A DNA stretch of 64,000 nucleotides from positions 7,997,260 through 8,061,259 of the forward strand of contig MU058844.1 in NCBI GenBank assembly GCA_013265495.1. The letters run 5' to 3'. Below, one piece after another: positions 53,540-64,000 of the stretch. Numbering within the stretch: position 1 is the stretch's first letter; every line of letters begins with the position of its first letter. The notes beneath the pieces were generated by a model that was not told the DNA's origin, did not search any database, and worked only from the letters and a program-made list of their open reading frames with translations. The translations under genes were made by a program, and so were the position numbers. Source of the DNA: Vicugna vicugna (taxonomy: Eukaryota).

Positions 53540-54888
53540 CTGCATGAGGAAAATAGAAATTTGGAGACAGGACTGTATTACTAGACATAAAACCACAGAT
53601 TTTTATTTTATATTTCAAAAATAAAAATGGTTAGCAGGGCCATAAAAATGACCTAGTACTATAAAAATAAATTCTAAATAGAAGGAAATGATTCCTCAGG
53701 AGAGAAAATACCAGAGAGGTATCAGTTGCATTTACGTTGCATTAGAAAGTATTAAAAAGTATTTTCAAAAAGCCCTTTACTTCCCCCACTGAACTTTCCC
53801 CTTTCCAGAAGTCTTTTCCCTCCCACTAGAATTACACACCACCTGGATTTCTCCTTGGAACACACACAGTTTTTCATCATTTCAGAAAGGAAACTTGTCT
53901 AAGGCTGTGAGATATATATACATATACATATATATATATAAAATTAACATGAGATGCCTCTCTTACTAGCCATATGGCTTGAGAAATACTGGCCCATGAC
54001 TGCCCAAAAGGCAAAAGGCAATCTGAGTCAGTAAAATAAAGAGAGACAGAATCTAATCAGATGACATCAGGGAACAAAGACGGAAAATCATCCATATTAT
54101 TTCCTTATTAGTTGGATTTGGTCAAATAAGCTTTGAATTTCAGAACACTGGGCAAATTTCAGTTCACTGTTTTGAGATACGCTTTTGTCTACGAACCCTC
54201 AGACTCCACGGGCCTCTCCAGGAGGTTCCTTTGGCAGTGAGGGACCATGTGGATTATTCCAGCATTTCCAAGCCCTGCCCTCCTGACCTCAATGAGAATT
54301 ATAATCATAGCTATGAAAATGCAGTGTCAAGAAATTGGACTAAGTTCCAAAAGCAATCATGGAGGGCTTTCTGGTCTATCACTATTCTCTTACAATCAGC
54401 ACATGTCTTTCAGACGTTTGGCACCTCTCTTGGGCCTGAGGACTGCTGTCATCAACCTCAAATTGCAAATTCCACTTGCCAGCTTCCAAGGCCTTCGAGA
54501 GGCTGGTAAAATGCAGGTTTGTGAAATGAGAAGGCTATGGGCAAAAACTTGTCATTCTGTAGAGTATTTTAAAAATACTCAGCTTATTATTTAATGGGCA
54601 TGATTGAAAAATAATGAAGTAAATCATTTGTAAATTAAAGTTTGCTCACTTGTGTCATTAGCACATATTCACCTCATTATTCCTAATATTTGTTAAAAGA
54701 GCCATTTGAACAGATGAAACCATTCCAAAACTCATGAACACTAGCATGTATACAGAAATGTACATGTCTATAAGCATTTCTGAGCAACAATTTGATTAGG
54801 AAATTGATATGCTTCACTATTAAATGCACTTTTCAGTTGCTGGGAACAAGGGAGAATGAAGGTTCCTGCAGTATTCAAGAGCATGTGA

Positions 54889-55485
54889 ATTTTTTTTTTA
54901 ATTGCAGTTTACAATGTTGTGTCAATTTCTGGTGTACAGCATAATGTTTCAGTCATACATGTACATACATATATTCATTTCCATATTCTTTTTCATTATA
55001 GGTTACTACAAGACATTGAATATAGTTCCCTGTGCTATACAGAAAAATCTTGTTTATCTATTTTATATATAGTAGTTAGTATCTGAAAATCTCAAACTCC
55101 CACTTTATCCCTCCCCTCCTATCCTCCCTGGTAACCATAAGTTTGTTTTCTATGCCTGTGAGTCTATTTCTGTTTTATAAATAAGTTCATTTGTGCCTTT
55201 TTTTTTTTAGATTCTACATAGAGTGATAATCACGTGGCATTCTTTTCCTTTCTGGCTTACTTCACTTAGAATGATGATCTCCAGGTCCATCTGTGTTGCT
55301 GCAAATGGCATTATTTTATTCTTTTTATGGCTGAGTAGTATTCCATCATATAAATATACTACAGCGTCTTTATCCAGTCATCTGTTGATGGACATTTAGG
55401 TTGTTTCCATGCCTTGGCTATTGTATATAGTGCTGCTATGAACATTGGGATGCATGTGTCTTTTCAAAATACGGTTCCCTCTGGA
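54889..55485 (-). mobile_element. L1 3' end (ORF2 tail and 3' UTR)
   Basis: T-tract, then gttttacaatgttgtgtcaatttctggtgtacagc...tatagttccctgtgctatacag...catctgttgatggacatttaggttgtttccatg. Confidence 0.92.
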
Positions 55486-56205
55486 GGGAATTCTAATTCG
55501 TAAAGATACAACTGTCTTTAAAAGCAAGTAAAACTGATAAAGAGAATACTCACACACTTTACAAATAAGGAATAATATGCTTTATAAAAATAATTTTGAC
55601 AAAATGCTCTCTAGTGACCTAAGCTCATATACATCATCTCATTTCAGAAACTTATCTACAACCTTAATTGTCTTTATCACGTTCCTGTGTACATACGTCC
55701 AATGACTCAAATCTCATTTGCCCCTAAATCTAGTTTAGGCTCTTTCTTGAAATTCTGCTGAAATGTTATCATCAAATTTCCTCTAATTATCAAAACCCCC
55801 AAATAGTACGAACCACCCAATCAACTGTAGCACTTCTGACTGTTAAACCCGTCTTCCTTCCTGAAACTACATTTCCTCCACTTCTGGGGAAACAAGTCTC
55901 CCCTAGTTCTCTATCCCTGGGACCATATTTCAGAGAATGAAGAAAAGTGTGTATATTCCTTTAAAAGAAGCTGGCGTCTCACAGGACTTTGTCTTTTTCT
56001 CCTTTTCTTGGTAAATACTGTCCCCACAAGACAGCACACGTACCTGCTGCTCATATGTTGACTGTTGTCAATTCTCAAATAGCAATTTCTCTCCTGACAT
56101 CCAGATCTGTTGAAAATTCAGCAGCTTACCGAGCCCCTTCAATCTAGGGGCTCACTGGCATTTCAAAATCAACCCATCCAAAAATTGAAAACAGTATCTC
56201 CCACT

Positions 56206-56303
56206 GCAATTCTTCTTTTCCCTCAACAGAGGCACTGAGGATAGAACCCAGGACCTCGTGCAGGCCAAGCACGTGCTCCACCACTGAGCTACACCCCACC
56301 CTC
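56206..56303 (-). mobile_element. tRNA-derived camelid-type SINE
   Basis: gaggcactgaggatagaacccaggacctcgtgcaggccaagcacgtgctccaccactgagctacacccc; TSD ctcccact at 56198-56205 and 56304-56311. Confidence 0.85.
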
Positions 56304-57649
56304 CTCCCACTCAAAATTAACTAAAGAGATACATGAAATAGATTTTAAAAAGTCTCTTCAGGCATCAGAGGAGAAAAATCAGAAACCTGGTGATCACTCT
56401 TGACTTCTCACTTATCCCCACCATTCTAGGTTTAAAAAAGTCTTGAAAGCCTACCAGCTCTTATCTTCTAAGGCTCTTTATTCTGCCCCTCAAGGTTCAC
56501 TTTTATGGCCCTTTTTATCTTTTCTGCCACCTAAATAACAGCAATAGCCCACTAATTAGTCTCGCATAATTACATTTCTAAAGGGCAATATGCTGCTAGG
56601 CCAGGCAGAAAGGACAGGACATGAGCACGAATCTTTGACAGTATGCCTAAAGACCAAAAACCTTGAAAATGATGTATTCAGCCTCACGGGCTCCCCAGTG
56701 CTGATGTATTACAGTTCCATCATTCTCCAACTCATAAAATATAGCTTGGGAGCCACACCTCGACAGTCCGGTCCAGCCCGTCCCATTCTTTGGAAGAAAT
56801 AAGTCACACTGAGGGATGCAGCAGCCAAGTCTCCAGGATTATTTATCAAGTGGCCCTTTGAGTTAGAGACCATCATCTTCTGCCTGTATCATCTGAATAA
56901 AGTTAGCAATGCAGTGAGTCCAAGTTAGATGGCTATTGTGACTGATTTCTCATGGCTTACGGTTTAATTGAGCATCAACTATGCCCTAGTATGCATGCAG
57001 CAATAGGAACCAGACAAATGCACTCGCCTGTGGATGCACAATCTATTGAGAAAGACAAATAAGAAAATAAATGGTGCAGAAAATTACTATGACAGAGGAC
57101 AGAGGAGCAACACCACTCCAGCTCAGAAATGGATGAGGGGAGGTTCAGAGTCCAAGTGACATTGGCAGAGGCTTGAAGGTAAGGAGCAGTTAGCCAGCAG
57201 TAAAAAGTGTCATCATCACTCTAAGGTTTCAGGAAGAAAGAGTGATCCACAGAGAATTCACCGACTAACTCTAGGTTTTATGGTTAATAAGAGGCAAAGC
57301 CAGGACTGGAACACAGTTTCTCTGATACTAAATTCCATGCTCTTTCTAAAAGGAAAAAAAAAAAAAAAGAGAGAGAGAGAAAGAGAAGATAATTCAATTC
57401 TAGATACATGTACACTAGGCTACATTTCCTTTGGTCTCAAACTCTCCAGATTTCATATAACATAAACTTGAACTGATACTCTGAAAAGGAATGAAACGTC
57501 ATTTTGGCAGTTCAGGATGAACTGGGGTCAATTCTGGTGCTGTAACAATGAAGCTTCTCTTACTGCTGTTTTCCACATTTATAGAATTCATTCTTCATTT
57601 TACTGAAGATTTGATAGAGGGATAGAAACCCTTCACATCATAATAGTTA

Positions 57650-57895
57650 TGGTGATGATGATAATGATGATGATGACGGTAGCTAAATGTATTTGACACT
57701 TACAATGTTACGTATATTACCTTACACTTACACATACTAACTTAATTTGTACTTATCAATAATCTTATGAAATAGGTGATTATTACTAGCCCCGTTTTAC
57801 GGATAATGAACCTGGGGCAAGAAAAAGTTCAGTAACATACCAAAGGGCACACAACTAGCACGAATTGTGCTACAATTCAAGCCCAGAAGTCCAAG
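57650..57895 (-). mobile_element. MIR SINE with (GAT)n tail
   Basis: gatgatgataatgatgatgatgacggtagctaaatgtatttgacacttac...cccgttttacggataatgaacctggggc. Confidence 0.75.
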
Positions 57896-58790
57896 TACAA
57901 AGGAGGAGCTGTATTTTAATAAAGCCTTCACAGAAAAGCCTTTTCCACAGCTGTTTAAAATTGATGACATAATTTGTTTACATGCTGATCATATCAACAA
58001 CATTTCTGGTTTCTATGTATGTTAAAAACAAAAACACATTTTAATATACTCTCAAGCCAGAATCTAATGAGAAAAAAATTGTATTCATATTATGCGAAGT
58101 TGCTTTACAATAAGGAAACTGACCCATAATATACACTGATGTGAAGTTAAAGTGTCTTTTGGGGGAGAAATTTAAAAAAATGCTACTGATCTCTAAATAA
58201 CAAGCAGCAGGATTACTTTTATACGTCTGTGTGTACTTGGCTATATGATAGTATTTTTAATAGAAAAAAATATTTTACTTCTCATATTTCTCCTTCAGTG
58301 ATTTATCTTTCAGAAACACAGTCACTGAAATTAAGCAGCCAATGAAGAAGGATATAAATTGGGGAAACAAAGCATAAATACTTGTCATAGTCAAAGGAAG
58401 ACAACACATCTGGATATACAAAGTACTGTTCACTCAAATTTAAATTCTAGGAGACCACTTTACTTCAAGAAAGAAACAATAAAATTCTCTCCTTCAAATC
58501 CTTTCTGCTTTTTTTTTTTCACATGAGTTTGATCACACATTCTAGGAACGGCCAGTGAGTGCGCAGAATTTCTTATCCTGTGAGAGTGCTCCCCTAACAA
58601 CCCTGTCTTTGTCTAAAATGCCATTTAAAAGAATCACCATAATCTAGACACTTGATAAATGAAAACCAGTCAAACCCAAGGTAACAGTGGATTGGACAGA
58701 ATTAGATGCAAACATTAAGTGTAAAAAGGCATACAAATCCCCAGCTGATTCTAAATATTGACAGAGACAGAAGAGGAACATTTTTTAGCC

Positions 58791-58979
58791 CAGTTGTTTC
58801 TCAACCAGGGGCAATTTTGCCCCCAGGGGACACTGGACAACTTTTGGAGACAATTCTGATTGTCACTAGGGAATGGATGCTACTGGGTAGAGACCAGGTA
58901 CACCACTGAATATGTAAACATGTTAGAAGATAGCTCCCAAAACACAAAATGTCAATAGTGCTGAGGTTAAGAAACCACA
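58791..58979 (+). mobile_element. MER20 (hAT-Charlie) DNA transposon
   Basis: cagttgtttctcaaccaggggcaattttgcccccaggggacactggacaa...aaaatgtcaatagtgctgaggttaagaaacc matches both MER20 ends. Confidence 0.88.
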
Positions 58980-60779
58980 TGTAACATTTCATATATACTA
59001 AGGGCAACACATTTTTTGGGAACATAAGGTCCACATGTCCCTGACAATCACATACACAAACTATGTAAAGATTAGAAAATGTAAGAAAGCAAACTACAGG
59101 GAATAAATTATTTTTTAATAAAAATCTAATCTATCATTATTCCCACTGATTGTTCTCCTTTTAACTGGCAAAAAAATTTTTTTTCTAAAAATTAAAAAAA
59201 AAGCATGCCCTCCCCCACCTCAGTCAGTACAACCAAACAAAACATCAGCGGCTCTTTGTAGAAGACTGCCCTTCATACAGAACTGTCAAAAAAGCTACAT
59301 ATCTTCGAGTAAAGCTACCCTTCGCCTCAGGTTCTAACAAAGGACTTTAAAAATGATTGAAATCTGACATATTCAAAGGTTGGTATTGATAAAGCACATC
59401 AACAGATTAAAAAGTATACTTTTCAAGAATACATACTGATTGCAGTTACTAAGCCGATGTTTACACAGAACGTGGGTAACACAGGATGTGGTTTTACATA
59501 GAATCATGTGTCTTTAAAACTAAGGAAATACTATAGGATAGTAGCTTTCTTTGTTTTTCTGATTCCACTAAAGCATAATTTGTGGTACTCCTACAAAATA
59601 TTACACATTGAGAAAAAAATTACCAAACAATAAACACATAGTTTTTGAATGAACTATCTCATGGTGAAGACAGACAAGTAAACTTTCACAGTATAGTGTA
59701 AATTAAGCATCAAATGTTTGGGGAACCCACAAAAGGGATATCTTTCCAAGATGACAGGTCAGGTGAGATTCCTAGAGAAGTCAAGCATGCATGGAGTGGA
59801 GTTCCAGGAAGATCAAGCTTCCAAGTGTATGAAAAATCAAAGTTACAGAGGATTGCATTTTGATCTACCAATAGCAACAATGACAGCTTCATGGGAACTA
59901 AATGACAATCTACGTAGGAAGCAGTTTGCAAACTGAAAAGCTGAGGCAACTTAAATTATGATTATATTATTGAGAATATTTCAGTAATAAGCAGTTTGGC
60001 TATTCCCTGGGCAAAAATTCTTAGTAATCCAAATAAATCAGATAGCTTAATGCTTACAAGCAATGGTACACAAAATAATTTATAATCACCAAGGTCAAAT
60101 TACTAACAAAAACATCATGTTCATTTTAAATTGAGGCTTTTTTTCTGAATTTCATTCTGTTTGATTATCCTTTAACACATACGGGTACTTAGAAACTAAG
60201 ATTTCTTTCCTGAGAGATAAAATATTATGTATTTTATTTTTTATATTATATATTTTAATGTTCAATTTTTTTCCAAGGTATTTATGTCTTTGGAATTTCC
60301 CAACTGAAATTAATTAGCACTGGTTTGGCATCATATTTGAACTTTGCATTCATCCAAATTTCCTAATCAAATTTGCTAATTTAGCTAATGACTCTAGTAA
60401 TGAGATTTTATATAATTTAATTGTGAAATGGCATTACAGTGGCATTTCTTCTGTTATTCCAAGATTTATGCTTAGTTTAGGCTAAGTTTATAAAAACAGG
60501 GTATTTTTAAAATCTCTATTATCAAACAGAAGTGATAATTAATAGCATGTCACACTCATAACACAAAAATGCCCTCAAATCTTGCTTAATAAAATGGGTA
60601 TCAGGCTAAAATCTCAAGTCACTATCCCAGTGGTAAATAGAATCAAAGCTCTTTTTTAAAGTGAAAACTGTAAATGAAATAAGTTACTACTGTTGGAATC
60701 AACTGCAGTAATTCCAAAGTTCAGAGTAACACAAGAGCTTAGAAAGTAAATACCTAATATGCACCAGCCATTGAATACA

Positions 60780-61140
60780 AACAAAGAATGCTGACCAATC
60801 AGGTTGGCGATCTTGGTCACGTGACTAAATTCTGTCCAACGAAATGAAAGCACAGCAGTCCAAGCACCTCCAGGAAAAATCCTTAAAGTGCAGGGAGAAT
60901 GTTCTCCCTTACTTTTCCTCTGTTCTGACTATAAGGTGGAGGCCCTGTTCTGAGGATGGTGGAGAACAAACTGAATGGAGTCCAGGAAACTGAGCCTTTA
61001 TAACAACTTTCCTATGATCCCAGGAATGCACACTTCTGGATTTTTTTTTATAAGACAGAGAATGCAACTTTAACTAGTTTAAAGTTCATATTATTTGGGA
61101 TTTCTCATCACTTACAAACCAACCTCTTCCCTACCGATAA
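60780..61140 (+). mobile_element. MLT1-type (ERVL-MaLR) LTR remnant
   Basis: ggtcacgtgactaaattctgtccaacgaaatg...gaggatggtggagaacaaa...tttaaagttcatattatttgggatttctc. Confidence 0.6.
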
Positions 61141-63526
61141 GAAAGCACATGTATTGTTTTGTTTGTTTTTAGCTATGTAAATTCATAAAAACTGTAATCC
61201 CAAGTATGGCTCTTACAGAGAATTTTAAGAAAAACTTATTTTAATTATATTTGAATGAATACAAAGTATGAGTTGTCTGGTTTTCAGTGATAACCAGCCC
61301 AGGCAATTGCCAAGTGTGAAATTTGCAATTAAAATATTCAATTAAACTTATATAATTTAAGAGCATAATAGGTGCATGAAATTGGAACTCTTAAATTAAA
61401 TGCCTAGACATCAGAGTGGTCAGAGTTATCACTGTTTTCCCAAAAGAGTAATGACATTCGTAGCACTTTTTTTTAAATAAAAGCATTTTAATTAATCTTC
61501 TCAATCCCCAAATAACTAGAAAAAAAGGAAACTCACAGGAATTATCAAGTGAAAAAGAAATAGGTAGGATTTTCATCTCAGAAAAAAGATTCAGTGAGAT
61601 GTAAGTGATTGAATTTGAGCTCCACAGGAGATACCAGAGAAAAAATTATATAAATTTTCTGGTCTCACCTGGCACTTCTATGGCTTTCAGGTCACCCTAG
61701 GATAATAGACTTTGTATTTGAGAATCAAGCAAAAGAATTCTCTCTACTTATATTTTTTTTCCTCAGATCATAAGCTCATCTGTCCTTCTCTCCTTTCCCT
61801 TTTTTTGAACTAGACTATTTCAATTTAATAGGTAAAAATGACATTTTTACAAAGAGGGTCTGGGGTAGAAAAATACTAAGAGAGGAAGGGAATGTATTTT
61901 AAATAGTTAACTTTTTACAGAAAACACAATATTTTAATTTATTAGAATAATAATACATGTGCTACAAAAAGTATAATTTAATTGGATACTTATTTTAAAT
62001 GACTGCTAAGTCATTATACATAATTATTATACACTATATGTACTGTGAGCAAAATCAAAAGATGCCACTTGTTGAAAAGGTTAAATTCCACGGGGCAGGG
62101 TAACGAGCGAATTGCTTCCCAGCTCTGTACTTTTATTGCATGAAGAAGAGTGGAAATGGAGATGCAGAAATAGACAACAACCATGTGACATGAACTAGAC
62201 AGCTGTGCACACGTGATTCTATTACATAGCTCCCCAAAGCTGAAACCTGCTTCACTGGGTGGCACTTTTAAGTGTCACAGAACTGCGAAGTAGGTTACAG
62301 AAAATACAGTTAAGCCTCATCTCTGGTATCTTCTTTTGACAGAGACCTGTTTATTTGTTCTAAATTGAATTTTGTTTAGACTTTGACAGGTGAATAAAGT
62401 ACAGTAATAACATCCTACTTCATAAAGATGCTTCTTAAAATTCTAAGCTGTCAAATATGGGCAGTAGGCATCCAATCAAAAAACTGGTTGTATATTTCCA
62501 ATGCATTACTAAAAACTCTATCAATTAATATCAGGGGGAAATGAACAAGTTGTAGCTTTTATTTACATTTTTCATTTTAAAATTAGCTTTTGCTTAGGGT
62601 CTAAAGAAGAAGAAGTATATTCTCACTATAGTACAATGTCTGAAAAATAGGTGAAGACATAGAGCATTCACTACAAAGGTGCTTCTCCTGAGTTTGAACC
62701 TGGACTATGACATCTAAATAAGCCTTTATCCCATATAAGCCCATTTCTACTCTGAAACAGGTCCTGAACAAAAGGCTTGACAACAATTATCTTGTGTAAT
62801 TCTCTCAATAATACTATAACGGTATAATTCCCATTTTACAAATAAGGAGTCCCAAAATCAGAATGGTTACTCAAATTCACGTAGCTAATTATTGTTGGAT
62901 CTAGGAGTCACAGACTGCACTGTATATTAATACATGCATAATTCACTTTACAGGTGTCTTCTGAATGTATAATTAAGGCTATATTTTCCTCTACATGTCA
63001 TACAATAATAATAGGTGTGAATATACCTTCCTAATTAAAAAATTGTACTTAATAGGAAGTAAGACAGAGAATTAATACCAAGTGGTTTTATGATAGTTTT
63101 CTACATTATTTCTTTTCACCTTTAAAATTAGCAGTTTAAAATAGTATTACTCTTTTCACTTTAGAGATATGAAAACATCAGAGAGAGAGTTAAACAACTT
63201 GCCCATGGTAACAACAAATGGAAAGTCTGAAGATGAGATTCAAATTCAGAGCTGCCAGGCTTCACACCACAGTCTTCCCACGGCCCCACACTGATCCATT
63301 GGAAGCATGTGCCTATTCTTTGTTGAAACTTTAATAACTGCCCCCTCTCTCCTGCTCATAGAGCCAGTGCTGTTTCATTTTTGGTATCAATAAACTTCTT
63401 TCTTTCCAGATTCATACAATATAAAACCTCTTGGATTTGCTTCAAAGGTGGATAAACTACAGCCTCCAATTGCCTCCAGTTGCCAATCAGCTTCACCAAG
63501 AAATGCATCCTAACCAATACACTGAG

Positions 63527-64000
63527 AGTAATAGCTAATTTTATGCGTCATTTTCACTGGATCATAGGATGCCCAGATAATCTGGTTACACATTATTTCT
63601 GAGTGTGTCTGTGAGGATGCTTCAGGAAGATTAGCACTGTATTCGGCAGACTGAGCAAAGCAGGTTGCCTTTCTCAATGTGGGTGGGCGTCACCCAATCT
63701 GCTGAGGGTCTGGAGAGAGTCAAAAAAAAAAAGAGAATGGGAAGATTTGCTTTCTCTCTCCCTGGGCTGGAACACTGATCTCTGCCTTCACATCTCCTGG
63801 TTCTCAGGTCAACAGACTCAGCCTGGAATTTACACCAGGTTCACAGGCCTCTGAACCACATCACCATCCTTCCTGGGTCTCCAGCTTACAGAGGGCAGCT
63901 TGTCGGACTCCTCAACCTTCGTAATTGCATGAGTCAATGCCTTATAATAAACTTCTTTACTGTATATACATACTATTGGTTCTGTTCCTCTGGGGAGTCT
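63527..64000 (+). mobile_element. MLT2 (ERVL) LTR, runs off the window end
   Basis: gtaatagctaattttatgcgtca...ggatgcccagata...cattatttctgagtgtgtctgtgagg...cctgggtctccagcttacagagggcagcttgtcggactcctcaacc...ttggttctgttcctctgg. Confidence 0.88.

Overview
Mammalian, AT-rich, repeat-rich intragenic DNA. The window lies inside the TMTC2 gene (protein O-mannosyltransferase, TPR-containing), transcribed on the minus strand. Four coding exons are present (53454-53539, 52811-52995, 51641-51719, 34780-34901). They have GT-AG boundaries, join in frame and encode part of the TPR region; by my recollection of the human gene they are exons 5-8. The rest is intron. It carries six copies of a tRNA-Ala-derived SINE typical of camelids (vic-1-like, suggesting camel/alpaca/llama), L1 fragments of several ages (including a three-layer L1/L1/Tigger2 nest at about 17.9-23.8 kb), L2 and MIR relics, MER20, MLT1/MLT2 LTRs and a young-looking solo ERV LTR with a 4-bp TSD. 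The most notable non-routine items are: a full-length U6 retrocopy fused to a 108-nt unidentified tail plus poly(A) with a 7-bp TSD; an inverted L1 pair bracketing the three clustered exons (circRNA/editing candidate); the solo LTR with a duplicated GATA-containing unit; and a CpG-retaining RFX/ETS promoter-like patch. I see no evidence of a novel multi-gene system. Repeat family names are from recognition by eye, and repeat boundaries are approximate unless a TSD is given.
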